From: an uncultured Bacilli bacterium
GTDB lineage: Bacteria > Bacillota_I > Bacilli_A > RF39 > UBA660
Direction: 5' to 3'
DNA length: 64,000 nucleotides
Assembly: GCA_949745755.1 (NCBI GenBank)
Contig: CATJZL010000065.1
Location: forward strand, 1,185 to 65,184
Shown: piece by piece, positions 19,217-30,015 of the stretch
Position numbering within the stretch: the first letter of the stretch is position 1
Layout of the letters: every line of letters starts with the position of its first letter
Notes under the pieces: model-generated
Databases searched by the model: none
Told to the model about the DNA's origin: nothing
Seen by the model: only the letters and a program-made list of their open reading frames with translations
Made by a program: the position numbers and the translations under genes

Positions 19217-19647
19217 CTAAAAAAACTATTCATCAATTTTTCTATTTCAAATGAAAAATATCCACAGCTTACCTCTACTGCAGGATTTGAAAAATCTTTT
19301 TCTAATATTGAATAAATAATAGTCTTATTATTTTGGTCTCTATTACTTAACCCATAATATAAGTGGGAAATTCTAGATTGCTTTATCGCACTTGCACACA
19401 TAGGACAAGGCTCCAAAGTAACATATATATCACAACCATTTAATCTCCAATTATTCAATTTCAAAGAAGCCTCCTCTATAACATTTAATTCAGCATGCTT
19501 AGTAACCAACTGATCATGCTCCTTAGTATTAAAAGACTTAGCAATTACAATTCCATTTTTCACTATTACAGCACCAACCGGAACCTCATCTAATTCTAAA
19601 GCTTTTTTAGCCTCCTCTATAGCCATAAGCATAAATCTTTCTTCCAT
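19201..19647 (-). CDS. tadA: tRNA-specific adenosine deaminase.
   Basis: A 148-aa ORF with the CDA zinc motifs HAE...PCPMC and a GGAGGA ribosome-binding site. Confidence 0.85.
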   Translation of the reverse strand: MEERFMLMAIEEAKKALELDEVPVGAVIVKNGIVIAKSFNTKEHDQLVTKHAELNVIEEASLKLNNWRLNGCDIYVTLEPCPMCASAIKQSRISHLYYGLSNRDQNNKTIIYSILEKDFSNPAVEVSCGYFSFEIEKLMNSFFRAKRD

Positions 19648-19659
19648 ATTTCCTCCAAA

Positions 19660-19740
19660 AAAAAGTGCACATAAGTTAAAGTGTTAAGGCTGCTATCTTC
19701 CAATCCTGACCTGTTTCCACACAACTTATTGCACAAATAT
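19660..19740 (-). ncRNA. ffs: Small (Bacillus/4.5S-type minimal) signal recognition particle RNA.
   Basis: The minus strand reads GUGCAAUAAGUUGUGUGGAAACAGGUCAGGAUUGGAAGAUAGCAGCCUUAACACUUUAACUUAUGUGCAC. The core CAGGUCAGG-AUUGGAAGAUAGCAGCC matches the conserved SRP RNA domain IV (CAGGUCAGGUCCGGAAGGAAGCAGCC). The 5' and 3' ends pair, and a U8 tract follows. Its position next to tadA and dnaX matches B. subtilis scr. Confidence 0.65.
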
Positions 19741-20245
19741 ATTGTATACGAATTAATATAAAATAGCAATAATTTTTACAAAATAATTTTATCCACAGAG
19801 TAAACAAAGCAAAATATAAAAGAAATAAGAAATAACATTAATAACCAAAATAACTTAACTCATTATTTGAATGGAATAAAAACCGTGTTCCACGTAGAAC
19901 TTAAAAAATAAATTTAACTTAATAAAGCGAAATATAACAATAATTTAAATAAAAAAATTAACATATTAAAACTTATTAAATAATTAATTAAATTTTTACA
20001 CAAATTATGTGTAAAAATTTATTATTTATTGCTATATCTGATCTTATTTATATTCAATTAAAATATTGTTTATTCACAATATTATATTTTATGTTTAAAA
20101 TATTCTTTCATTACTTATCAAAATACAGAACAGTATAAAAAAATTATTTCCTGGGAAATAATTAAATATTATCATAAATACATATTTTTTTAATATAGAA
20201 TTTTTGGATGATACAACTATGTATCTAATTTTTTTTAACTAAAGG

Positions 20246-20300
20246 GATTATAATCCACATTTTTAGTGGATATTTATAATATAGTTTCACGTGAAACATT
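20246..20300. repeat. Composite palindrome unit 1: TAATCCACA..TAGTGGATA followed by GTTTCACGTGAAAC.
   Basis: Read directly from the sequence: a DnaA-box-like pair of half-sites and a 14-bp perfect palindrome with a CACGTG core. Confidence 0.6.
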
Positions 20301-20449
20301 AAGCTGATATTTTATAAAAAGTAATAATAACTTCTTTTAATATATATACACTGCTTACATTTTATTGTATTTTTTTAACACTATACTTTTATTTGAATAA
20401 AATAACAAACAATTAACAATTCTAACACAGTTTGATTTGAATTTCTATA

Positions 20450-20500
20450 ATATAATCCACAAAATTGTGGATTATTAATGTTTCACGTGAAACATTAATA
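20450..20500. repeat. Composite palindrome unit 2: TAATCCACA-aaat-TGTGGATTA followed by TAATGTTTCACGTGAAACATTA.
   Basis: A 22-bp perfect inverted repeat of DnaA-box-like 9-mers is immediately followed by a 22-bp perfect palindrome. It duplicates unit 1 about 200 bp upstream. Confidence 0.6.
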
Positions 20501-20593
20501 TAATTGATGAAATGTACTATATTGACATAATATAAGAATACCGAAATTATTATAGAACATTTGTTTTATTAAGTCATAAAAAAAAGAACATTA

Positions 20594-23071
20594 TTAAATA
20601 ACATTCTCCTTATTGTTTTCCTCAGAGCTTTCTATGGACTCGGACCCTTCCTGAGAATCCTCTTTAGTAACTATAGCAACTGTAGAAACGCTTTGATTAT
20701 CTTTTAAATTGATTAATCTAAGCCCCTGCGTCGCTCTCTTTAGCACCGAAACCTGAGATAATGGCATTCGCATAACAACTCCACTATCTGTTATAATCAT
20801 TAAATCACAATTATCTATATTATCTATTGTTTTAATAGAAACTATAGAACCATTTTTTTCAGTCATATTTAACGCTTTAACGCCCTTACTACCTCTGTGA
20901 GTAAGTCTATACTCATCAATCAATGTTTGCTTACCATAACCCTTTTCTGTGACAATTAGGACATATTGATTAACTTGGACAACTTCTGAACCAACAACAT
21001 AACTATCAACCAAGTCAATTCCTTTAACACCACTGGCACTTCGACCCATAGAACGAACCTCATTCTCATTAAATCTTACCATATGACCATTACTAGCACC
21101 AATAATGATTTCATCAGTACCTGTAGTCTTTCTTACACTAATCAACTCATCCTCATCTTTAAGTGTTATAGCAATTTTTCCACCAGAACGAATCGAATCA
21201 AATTCCTCAAGTGGAGTTCTCTTTATTAATCCACATTTAGTAACAAATACTAAATATTTAATCTCATCTGTATTAGTATTTACATTAACAATTGAAGTTA
21301 TTTTTTCCTCTTTATCAAGCTGTAATAAGTTAATAATAGGAAGTCCCTTAGATTGTCTAGCAAATTCAGGTACTTCATACCCCTTCAATCTATAAACTCG
21401 ACCAAAATTAGAGAAAAATAACATATAATCATGAGTTTTCATATTAACTAAATGCTCTACAAAATCCTCTTCATTTGTAGCCATTCCCTTTATACCAACT
21501 CCACCACGATTTTGTGCCCTATAAACATCACTCTTAACTCTCTTAATATAACCTTTATTTGTAAGTGTAATGATAATATCCTCAACTGGTATTAAAGATT
21601 CATCCTCAATATAATCGATAGCTGTCATATCAATATTTGTCTTTCTCTCATCACCATATTTATTCTTAATTTCAAGCATTTCTTCTTTAATAATACCTAA
21701 AATTTTCTCTTCACTAGCAAGTATAGACTTCAACTCTTCAATCTCAGCAAGGAGAGCTGCAAGTTCATTTTCTATCTTATCTCTTTCAAGACCTGTCAAT
21801 CTTCTTAGTTTCATCTCTAAGATAGCTTGAGCTTGTATTTCACTCAAATTATAAGTATTAATAAGTGCTTTCTGAGCCTCCTCATCACTCTTACTAGACT
21901 TAATTAACTGAATAATCGCATCTATATGATCAAGAGCTATTTTAAGTCCTTCTAAAATATGTGCACGTCGCTCATCTTTATCTAAATCAAACTTAGTACG
22001 ACGTATAATAACCTCTTTCTGATAATCCACATATTTAACAAGAATATCTTTAAGACCAAGTGTTTTTGGCGTACCCTGATCAAGCATTAAAAATATAATT
22101 CCATAATTCATCTGAAATGCAGTATGTTTATATAAATTATTAAGTACCACTTGTGGATTAGCATCTTTCTTCAAAGTAATAGTAATCTTAATTCCATCCT
22201 TCAAATCTGTATGATAGTCACTTATCCCCTCAATAACTTTATTATGAACAAGTTCAGCAACCTTATTTTTTAAATCAAGTGTATTAATACCATAAGGTAC
22301 TTCATCAATAATAATATAATGTTTACCACGTTCCTCTTCTATACGAGCCTTACTTCGAATGGTAATAGAACCCCTACCAGTCTCATAGGCTTTACGAATA
22401 CCACTATTTCCAAGAATAGTTGCACCAGTTGGAAAATCAGGACCCTTAATATACTGCATAAGTCCATCCAAATCAATATCAGGATTATCAATATAAGCAA
22501 CACAACCATCAATCACCTCACTTAAATTATGAGGAGGTATATTAGTAGCCATCCCAACCGCAATTCCCATTGTTCCATTAACTAAAATATTAGGAAAACG
22601 AGAAGGAAGAATTTCAGGTTCTCTTTCTGTCTCATCAAAGTTAGGTTTAAAATTAACCGTATTTTTGTTAATATCTTTTAAAAGTTCTAATGAAATCTTA
22701 GAAAGACGAGACTCTGTATAACGCATAGCAGCAGCACCATAACCCTCTATATTACCAAAATTACCATGACCATCTACAAGCATATATCGATAAGAAAAAT
22801 CCTGCGCCATCCTTACCATAGCTTCATATATAGAACTATCTCCATGAGGATGATATTTTCCCATGACATCTCCAACAATTCTAGCACTCTTCTTATGTGG
22901 TTTATCTGGTGTATAACCAGATTCATACATAGAATATAAAATTCGTCTATGAACAGGCTTTAAGCCATCTCTAAGATCTGGTAAAGCTCGAGAGACAATA
23001 ACACTCATAGAATATTCAAGAAAAGAATCACGAACTTCTTTTACAATACTATTTTTTTCTAATCTATCCAT
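20594..23071 (-). CDS. gyrA: DNA gyrase subunit A.
   Basis: An 825-aa ORF with the active-site region AAMRYTE, QRR loop context and C-terminal beta-pinwheel repeats. Confidence 0.95.
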   Translation of the reverse strand: MDRLEKNSIVKEVRDSFLEYSMSVIVSRALPDLRDGLKPVHRRILYSMYESGYTPDKPHKKSARIVGDVMGKYHPHGDSSIYEAMVRMAQDFSYRYMLVDGHGNFGNIEGYGAAAMRYTESRLSKISLELLKDINKNTVNFKPNFDETEREPEILPSRFPNILVNGTMGIAVGMATNIPPHNLSEVIDGCVAYIDNPDIDLDGLMQYIKGPDFPTGATILGNSGIRKAYETGRGSITIRSKARIEEERGKHYIIIDEVPYGINTLDLKNKVAELVHNKVIEGISDYHTDLKDGIKITITLKKDANPQVVLNNLYKHTAFQMNYGIIFLMLDQGTPKTLGLKDILVKYVDYQKEVIIRRTKFDLDKDERRAHILEGLKIALDHIDAIIQLIKSSKSDEEAQKALINTYNLSEIQAQAILEMKLRRLTGLERDKIENELAALLAEIEELKSILASEEKILGIIKEEMLEIKNKYGDERKTNIDMTAIDYIEDESLIPVEDIIITLTNKGYIKRVKSDVYRAQNRGGVGIKGMATNEEDFVEHLVNMKTHDYMLFFSNFGRVYRLKGYEVPEFARQSKGLPIINLLQLDKEEKITSIVNVNTNTDEIKYLVFVTKCGLIKRTPLEEFDSIRSGGKIAITLKDEDELISVRKTTGTDEIIIGASNGHMVRFNENEVRSMGRSASGVKGIDLVDSYVVGSEVVQVNQYVLIVTEKGYGKQTLIDEYRLTHRGSKGVKALNMTEKNGSIVSIKTIDNIDNCDLMIITDSGVVMRMPLSQVSVLKRATQGLRLINLKDNQSVSTVAIVTKEDSQEGSESIESSEENNKENVI

Positions 23072-23084
23072 CTTACCTGACCTC

Positions 23085-25046
23085 CTAAATATCTAAATTT
23101 TCAGCATAAACTGCATTTTCTTCAATAAATTCACGACGAGGAGCCACCTCTTCACCCATTAATTTACTAAAAACATCATCAGCAGCTATAGCATCTTCTA
23201 CCGTAATCTGTCTTAATACTCTCTTTTCTATATCCATAGTTGTCTCATTAAGTTCTTCTGCATCCATCTCACCAAGACCTTTCATACGACTAACATCTCT
23301 CTTAGTGTTTTCAGGAAGTGTAGCAAGATACTCATCTCTTTCTTCATCTGTTAATACATATTTGATAGTCTTCCCATGCTTTATACAATAAAGTGGTGGT
23401 TGAGCAGCATAGACATGACCAGCCTCTACAATAGGCTTAAAGAAACGATAAAACAAAGTAAGTAATAAAACTCTTATATGGCTTCCATCCACATCAGCAT
23501 CCGTCATAATAATAATTTTATTATATCTTAATTTTTCAAGATTAAACTCTTCACCAATCCCTGTTCCAAAAGCAGTAATAATAGTACGAATTTCCTCATT
23601 AGATAAAGCTCGATCAAGTCGTGCCTTTTCAACATTCAATATTTTTCCACGAAGAGGAAGAATCGCTTGACGTATACTATCTCGTCCCTTTATAGCAGAT
23701 CCTCCAGCAGAGTCTCCTTCGACTAAGAAAATCTCACACTCTTTAGGATCCTTACTCTTACAATCAGATAATTTTCCATAAAAGTTTGTAACATCAAGAT
23801 CACCTTTACGACGAGTTAACTCTCTCGCTTTTTTCGCCGCAACACGAGCACGTGAAGCAGTCATACTCTTATCAATAATGATCTTCGCCTGATCAGGATT
23901 CTCCATTAAAAATCGCTCAAAAGTATCACTAAAAATTTTATCAGCAATTCCACGAACCTCACTATTACCAAGTTTTGTCTTAGTTTGTCCCTCAAATTGA
24001 GGATTAGGATGTTTAATAGATATAATCATAGTAATACCTTCACGAACATCATCACCTGTTAAAGAATCATCTTTATCCTTTAATATTCCATTATTAACAG
24101 CATACTTATTAAGTATACGAGTAAGAGCACGCCTTACACCATCTTCATGTGTTCCTCCTTCAGGAGTAGTTATATTATTAACAAAAGAATAAATAGAAGA
24201 ATTATACGTTTCATTATATTGTAAAGCAACTTCCAAAGAAATCCCTTTCTCTTCACCCATAACATCAATAATGGTATCATGAATAGGACTCTTCGTTTTA
24301 TTAAGCATTTCAACATATTCACGTATTCCACCTTCATAATAAAAAGAATCATCCTTCTCTACATCACGTAAATCATAAAGCGTAATACGAAGTCCTCTAT
24401 TCAAAAAAGCAAGTTCACGAAGTCTTGTACTAAGTATTTCATAATCATAAATAGTCGTATCAGTAAATATATCTGGATCTGGTTTAAAGGTAACTGTAGT
24501 TCCTGTTCGATCATCATCACATTCATCAATAATCTTAAGCTCATCTTCAGGTTTTCCACCATTACTATATCTTTGAAAATAAACCTTACTATTTTTATAA
24601 ACACGAACTTCTAGCCATTCACTAAGAGCATTAACAACACTGGCACCAACACCATGAAGTCCACCTGATACTTTATATCCTCCTCCTCCAAATTTTCCAC
24701 CTGCATGAAGTACAGTATAAACAGTTTCTACAGTACTCTTATGTGTTTTCGGATGAATATCAACAGGAATACCCCTTCCATCATCCTTAACTGTAATTGT
24801 ATTACCTTGATTAATGGTAACCTCGATATGCTTACAATATCCAGCTAAAGCCTCATCAATCGCATTATCAACAATTTCCCACACTAAATGATGAAGCCCC
24901 CGCACACTAGTAGAACCAATATACATACCAGGTCTTTTTCGAACAGCCTCTAATCCTTCTAAAACTTGAATCGCTGAAGAATCATATGCTCCTTCTACTT
25001 TTTCTTCCATATCCATAAAATCCCTACTTTCTTGTAACATTTCCAT
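23085..25046 (-). CDS. gyrB: DNA gyrase subunit B.
   Basis: A 653-aa ORF with a GHKL ATPase domain (GLHHLV, GGLHGVG), a Toprim domain (EGDSAGG) and a [10 protein letters not shown] motif. Confidence 0.95.
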   Translation of the reverse strand: MEMLQESRDFMDMEEKVEGAYDSSAIQVLEGLEAVRKRPGMYIGSTSVRGLHHLVWEIVDNAIDEALAGYCKHIEVTINQGNTITVKDDGRGIPVDIHPKTHKSTVETVYTVLHAGGKFGGGGYKVSGGLHGVGASVVNALSEWLEVRVYKNSKVYFQRYSNGGKPEDELKIIDECDDDRTGTTVTFKPDPDIFTDTTIYDYEILSTRLRELAFLNRGLRITLYDLRDVEKDDSFYYEGGIREYVEMLNKTKSPIHDTIIDVMGEEKGISLEVALQYNETYNSSIYSFVNNITTPEGGTHEDGVRRALTRILNKYAVNNGILKDKDDSLTGDDVREGITMIISIKHPNPQFEGQTKTKLGNSEVRGIADKIFSDTFERFLMENPDQAKIIIDKSMTASRARVAAKKARELTRRKGDLDVTNFYGKLSDCKSKDPKECEIFLVEGDSAGGSAIKGRDSIRQAILPLRGKILNVEKARLDRALSNEEIRTIITAFGTGIGEEFNLEKLRYNKIIIMTDADVDGSHIRVLLLTLFYRFFKPIVEAGHVYAAQPPLYCIKHGKTIKYVLTDEERDEYLATLPENTKRDVSRMKGLGEMDAEELNETTMDIEKRVLRQITVEDAIAADDVFSKLMGEEVAPRREFIEENAVYAENLDI

Positions 25047-26133
25047 CTTTCACTTCAAAAATATATGCATCTTTTAAATACTTTTTTTGAATACTTTTTA
25101 AATCTGTCGTAGTAATAACACTTTGAATATCTTGACTTACAAATTTCAATAACTTATTACGCTTTTCTATATCAAGTTCGCTAAAAATATCATCAAACAA
25201 TAATACTGGCTTCGTACCACAAACTCTCTCAAATATAAAAATCTCAGAAAGCTTATAACAAATAACAGCAAGCTTCTGTTGCCCTTGTGAACCATATTGC
25301 TTTAAATCTCTTTTCGTTAATACAAAATTCATATCATCACGATGTGGTCCAAATAAAGTCATTCCATAATTAAGTTCTTTACGATAATTTTTACTAAAAA
25401 TAGACAATAAATTGCTCTTTAATATATCCTCTTCGTAGCTATCTATTATAATATTAGGAACATATTCTATATACAAATCTCCACTTCCTACTATATCTTT
25501 ATAAATACTTCCTATATTCTCATTAATAAAATCTATATATTCTTTCCTCATATTATAAATAATAACAGCCTTTTCTATCAATTTTTCAGTAAGAATATCC
25601 AAATATTTCTTATCAGCAATACTGTTCGTAAATAAAACTTTTAAGTATTCATTTCTAGTCTTTAAAATCTTATTATATTCATTATAAGTATTCAAATACT
25701 TTTTAGATAATTGACTAAGTTGTATGTTTAAAACACCTCTTCTGACACTAGGAGAAGACTTAATAATTTCTAAATCATCTGGAAAAAAAGAAATAACATA
25801 TAAATTAGAAATATAATCAGATAATCTTTTAATTTGACTTTTATTAACAAATAACTTCTTAGTGTTGTTTTCAAAAATAACAAGAAGTTCATTAAGAAGT
25901 TTATCATTTCTCACTTTACATTTTAAAGAAGATTTGACTTTTCCAAACTGAATAATCTGCTCTTCAAATGTATTACGACTAGATTTAGTTAAAGCAAGAA
26001 CAAGTATAGACTCTAAAAAATTCGTCTTTCCTTGAGCATTATTACCTATAAAAAGATTCATAGTTTTATTAAGAGAAATATCCAACTTATTATAATTCCT
26101 AAAATTTACTAAATTAATCTTAGTTATTTCCAT
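25024..26133 (-). CDS. recF: DNA replication and repair protein RecF.
   Basis: A 369-aa ORF with a Walker A motif (GNNAQGKTN) and an SMC-like signature. It overlaps the gyrB start. Confidence 0.9.
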   Translation of the reverse strand: MEITKINLVNFRNYNKLDISLNKTMNLFIGNNAQGKTNFLESILVLALTKSSRNTFEEQIIQFGKVKSSLKCKVRNDKLLNELLVIFENNTKKLFVNKSQIKRLSDYISNLYVISFFPDDLEIIKSSPSVRRGVLNIQLSQLSKKYLNTYNEYNKILKTRNEYLKVLFTNSIADKKYLDILTEKLIEKAVIIYNMRKEYIDFINENIGSIYKDIVGSGDLYIEYVPNIIIDSYEEDILKSNLLSIFSKNYRKELNYGMTLFGPHRDDMNFVLTKRDLKQYGSQGQQKLAVICYKLSEIFIFERVCGTKPVLLFDDIFSELDIEKRNKLLKFVSQDIQSVITTTDLKSIQKKYLKDAYIFEVKDGNVTRK

Positions 26134-26297
26134 TATAAATCACAAAAACCATTCATTTAATCACCTTTCCCCTAGTTCAGTATTCCTATACATACGAATA
26201 TATTATATCAAAAAAATAGTATCTATGCACAAAAAATCACTCATTTTATAAATATTTTTCCATAAAAAAAGATAACTAAATATCCTTACAAATAAAG

Positions 26298-26525
26298 TTA
26301 TCTTCTTTTATAACGAACTTCTTCATTTTCATTTGCATAATCAGATTGTCTTTCCATCACTTCCAAATATTCATCAGGAGTCAACATTTTCTCTCTAGTA
26401 TGTTTATAACCACATACAGTACATATTCTACTCTCTATCTTGACATATACCTTTGGTGCATGGACACCAAAGGTATGATGCTCTATAACTCTAAAACTTA
26501 CACTTGAATATTCTTCTTTTAGCAA
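26298..26525 (-). CDS. Questionable small ORF with no ATG start, possibly a gene remnant.
   Basis: The frame is open for about 100 codons but its only candidate start is a TTG with no convincing ribosome-binding site. It contains a single CxxC (CTVCGY). It is not similar to the S4-domain YaaA normally found at this position. Confidence 0.2.
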   Translation of the reverse strand: MLKEEYSSVSFRVIEHHTFGVHAPKVYVKIESRICTVCGYKHTREKMLTPDEYLEVMERQSDYANENEEVRYKRR

Positions 26526-26733
26526 ACCACTAGTCCAATCACCCTTCTTTAAATTTAAATAAGATTCTACTTCAGATAGTTCCTCTACACTATAAACCTA
26601 TTTTATAAGAACATTCTTAGAAAAAAATTCCTCCCATCCATCATATTTTAACATCTTAATTAAATAAATCATAACTATATAATACACAAACTTATAGATA
26701 CTGTAAATACATATTTAAAAAACACATAATACT

Positions 26734-27201
26734 TTACATTACCTTATTTACATCAGATCTTCTCTCATTTAATAAATGGACTAAACGAGTCGAACGATAA
26801 ATCTGATTTTCTACCACTCGATAAGAGATAGGTACAACAAGCTCCATATCATTTTCAAAAATAATTCTAGTAGTATTAAATTGTTCAGCAATATAACTCT
26901 TAATTTTATTAACAGCTATCCAAATACACCTTTTATCAGTTGGACTCATAGTAGGAAAAAAAACAATATTTAAATTATCCTGAATAACAATAGGTAATTT
27001 ATAATTAGCACCAATAATAGCCTTAGCCCCTGCTCTCCTACCCTCATAACTACTGCCAAAATATTTGCAACTATGATCTAAAATATCATAACTAGAACAA
27101 GGTATAATATAATCTTGAGAATCCTCAAGTATTTTTGTTTTTCCATCTTCCATAGATATAACAGCAAGAGTTCCTTTATTAATTTCATATTCATTTTTCA
27201 T
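26734..27201 (-). CDS. comK: ComK-family competence transcription factor.
   Basis: A 155-aa ORF. SCKYFGSSYEGRRAGAKA, IVFFPTMSPTDKRCIWIA and ELVVPISYRVVENQIYRST align with the ComK signature blocks SCRFFGSSYAGRKAG, IFLFPTLSSTRPQCGWIS and ELPISYNSFENQVYRT. Confidence 0.7.
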   Translation of the reverse strand: MKNEYEINKGTLAVISMEDGKTKILEDSQDYIIPCSSYDILDHSCKYFGSSYEGRRAGAKAIIGANYKLPIVIQDNLNIVFFPTMSPTDKRCIWIAVNKIKSYIAEQFNTTRIIFENDMELVVPISYRVVENQIYRSTRLVHLLNERRSDVNKVM

Positions 27202-27216
27202 AATCTTATCCCCCCA

Positions 27217-27243
27217 AGAAAACGACTATCTCTCCGTTTTCTT
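27217..27243 (-). promoter_or_regulatory. A 9-bp-stem hairpin immediately 5' of the comK ribosome-binding site.
   Basis: The minus strand reads AAGAAAACG-gagagauagu-CGUUUUCUU followed by GGGGGGAUAAGAUUAUG. It has no U-tract, so it is unlikely to be a terminator. It may act as an RNA stabiliser or translational control element for comK. Confidence 0.3.
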
Positions 27244-27369
27244 GAAAGAATTATAACACATACAACAGTCGAAAAAGAACGAATTTTGTCATAAAAATAA
27301 GAAAATTAAACACACTTTTTATATGGAAAAAATGTTTTAATAATATACTTTTAAGAAAAAAAAGAACAG

Positions 27370-28500
27370 TTAGTATGTTCTAATAGGCAAAACAAGTTGT
27401 GTAAGAGTAGTATCTTCATTAGACTTTAATAAAATAGGCTTTATCTCTCCTACATAATGAATTTCAATTGTATCAGTAGAAAAACTTTTTAAAGCTTCCA
27501 TCATATATCTAGAACTAAAAGAAATCTTTATATCTTCACTAGAACTTTTTGTAATTTTCATTTTTTCTTCTACTCTACCTATTTCTATAGAAGAACTCTT
27601 CAAAATAAGTGTATCATCATTAGTCTCTAAAGTAACTATATTTTTTTCCTTATCACTAGTTAAAATACTAGCCCGATCAATAACATTATAAAAAGTATTT
27701 AGATCTGCTGTAAGGATCAAAGTAGCCTCTTCTGGCATTAGATTAGCAGTATTAGGATAAGTACCATTAATAAGCCTAGACTGAAATAAAATATTTTTAT
27801 ATTTAAATAATACCTTGTTATTAAAGATATGTAATTCAACAATAGCAGCCTCATCTTCATCCATAATCCTTATAAACTCTACAATATTATGACTAGGAAT
27901 AACAATATTATAAATATCCTCACTTTCTTTTTCTAAAGTAATAATTTTACGTGCCAAACGATAACTATCAGTAGAATTACATTCAAGAATATTTCCCGCT
28001 ATATTAAAATTAATTCCAGTAAGAACAGGCTTTGTTTCCTCATTACTAGATGCAAAAGCAGTCTGATTGACTATATCTTTAAATATAGAACTATTAATAT
28101 CAATCTTTTTCTTACTTTCTTCCAAATTAATAGTAGGATATTCTTTTTCATCAATTCCATTCAAATTAAATTCACTATTTTCAGTATAAATAAGTATCTT
28201 GAATTCATCAATTACTTCTATATTAATATATTTATCAGGAAGTTTTCTTACAATATCTGAAATATATTTACCTTGAACAATGATATTTCCTTCTTCTTCC
28301 ACTAAAAAATCCTCTTCAGAAGCCCCTTCAATTGTAGTCTGAATAGTTATATCATTATCACTAGCAGTAAGAGTCAACCTATTTTTCTTTAACTCAAATT
28401 TAATACCTGCAAGTACGGGTATCAAATTTTTAGTAGAAATAGCCTTAGACACTTTATTTATAGCTTCTTGTAATATATCTTTTTTGATTCTTAATTTCAT
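27370..28500 (-). CDS. dnaN: DNA polymerase III beta sliding clamp.
   Basis: A 376-aa three-domain clamp starting MKLRIKKDILQEAINKVSKAI. Confidence 0.9.
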   Translation of the reverse strand: MKLRIKKDILQEAINKVSKAISTKNLIPVLAGIKFELKKNRLTLTASDNDITIQTTIEGASEEDFLVEEEGNIIVQGKYISDIVRKLPDKYINIEVIDEFKILIYTENSEFNLNGIDEKEYPTINLEESKKKIDINSSIFKDIVNQTAFASSNEETKPVLTGINFNIAGNILECNSTDSYRLARKIITLEKESEDIYNIVIPSHNIVEFIRIMDEDEAAIVELHIFNNKVLFKYKNILFQSRLINGTYPNTANLMPEEATLILTADLNTFYNVIDRASILTSDKEKNIVTLETNDDTLILKSSSIEIGRVEEKMKITKSSSEDIKISFSSRYMMEALKSFSTDTIEIHYVGEIKPILLKSNEDTTLTQLVLPIRTY

Positions 28501-28647
28501 AATTATTCCTTCTTTCTTTTATTAATTAATTGTTATTATTATTATAGCTGTGGAAAATGTGGAAAACAATGTTTTTTCTTAAAATTTCATTCTTTGCATT
28601 CCCAAAATATTGTGAATAAAATGTGTATATTCTTTTTTTATTCACAT
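28501..28647. other. oriC downstream part: dnaA-dnaN intergenic region with tandem DnaA boxes and an AT-rich unwinding element.
   Basis: TGTGGAAAA appears twice in tandem at 28549..28566 (reverse complement TTTTCCACA). The flanking sequence is an (ATT)n-like AT-rich run. Confidence 0.6.
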
Positions 28648-30015
28648 CTACCCCACATCTTTTTTCAATTTTTCTATAATATTAGCTAAATCGGTATTAA
28701 CTTGTATTTCCTTTTCAATCTTTGAAATAGAATGCATAACAGTAGTATGATCCTTGCCACCAAATTCTGTTCCTATTTTAGGTAGAGATTCACTAGTTAA
28801 CTTCCTACACAAATACATAGCAATTTGTCTTGGAAAAGCAATATTACTACTACGCTTTTTACTTCGAATATCTTCCACACTTATTTGAAAATATTCAGCA
28901 ACCACTTTTTGAATTCTATGAACATCATTTTTTTCACTAATACCTTTACTAATAAAGTCTTTTAAAGCCTCAATAGCAAGATTTAATGTAATAGAAGTTC
29001 CTCCCATTATAGCAGAATAAGCAACAAGTCTTGTAATGGAGCCCTCAAGTTGTCGAACATCATTTCCCATATTAGATGCAATATATTCAATTACATCATC
29101 AGGAATTTCCTTTTCAAAATTACCTGCTAAAATTTTCCTACGAATAATTTCCACTCTAAGATTAAAATCAGGTGGATAAATGTTAACAGTAAGACCCCAA
29201 CAAAATCTTGTCCGTAAACGTTCCTCTAAAAGTTTTAAATCATCAGGAGAACGATCAGAAGAAATAATAATTTGTTTAGAATCACTATATAATGTATTAA
29301 AAGTATGAAAAAATTCTTGTTGTGTTTGTGTGGCACCACCTAAAAACTGTATGTCATCAATAATTAAAACATCAATATTTCTATATTTATCCTTAAAAAA
29401 ATCAATAAAGTTAAAATTACTACCAGTACTATCCCTTTTATTAATACCTATAAAATCTTGAATAAATTGATCACTGGTAACATAAATAACACGTTTATTA
29501 GAATTTTCCACAATATAATTACCTATAGCATGCATCAGATGTGTTTTTCCAAGACCACTATTTCCATAAATAAATAAAGGATTATACATTTTTCCAGGAT
29601 TTTCAGCGACAGATAAAGCTGCAGCCTGTGCAAATTTATTCGTATTTCCAACAATAAAATTATCAAAAGAGTATTTACTCTCCAAATTATTATTTATTTT
29701 ATTGCTTTTTTCCTGAACAGTTGCCTTTTTTTGTTCCTGCTCTTTTATTTGAAGCTCAATCTCTTTCACTTCATCTTCAAGTAAAAATTCAATTTCACAA
29801 TGATTTCCACAAATATCACTTAAAATATCTTCAATTTTTTCTCCATAATTATCCATTAAATGACTTTTATGAATAGACATAGGAACAGTAATAATCGCTT
29901 TACCATCAATTAATGAATAAAGTTTAGTTTCCCTAAACCATGTTTCAAAAGCGAGAGATGATAGTTCAACTTTTATTTGTTGTAAAAGTTTGGTCCAAAG
30001 GACCTCTGTATTCAT
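28648..30015 (-). CDS. dnaA: Chromosomal replication initiator DnaA.
   Basis: AAA+ core (GNSGLGKTHL) and a C-terminal DNA-binding helix. The true start is probably the ATG at 30015 (MNTEVLWTKLL, with GGGAG 9 nt upstream) rather than the ORF-track start at 30108, which would run into the DnaA-box cluster. Confidence 0.93.
   Translation of the reverse strand: MNTEVLWTKLLQQIKVELSSLAFETWFRETKLYSLIDGKAIITVPMSIHKSHLMDNYGEKIEDILSDICGNHCEIEFLLEDEVKEIELQIKEQEQKKATVQEKSNKINNNLESKYSFDNFIVGNTNKFAQAAALSVAENPGKMYNPLFIYGNSGLGKTHLMHAIGNYIVENSNKRVIYVTSDQFIQDFIGINKRDSTGSNFNFIDFFKDKYRNIDVLIIDDIQFLGGATQTQQEFFHTFNTLYSDSKQIIISSDRSPDDLKLLEERLRTRFCWGLTVNIYPPDFNLRVEIIRRKILAGNFEKEIPDDVIEYIASNMGNDVRQLEGSITRLVAYSAIMGGTSITLNLAIEALKDFISKGISEKNDVHRIQKVVAEYFQISVEDIRSKKRSSNIAFPRQIAMYLCRKLTSESLPKIGTEFGGKDHTTVMHSISKIEKEIQVNTDLANIIEKLKKDVG

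Noticed and set aside
19877-19890. GTTCCACGTAGAAC, considered as a LexA (Cheo) box.
   Set aside because: The Cheo box is GAAC-N4-GTTC. This site has the half-sites in the opposite order with a 6-nt spacer.
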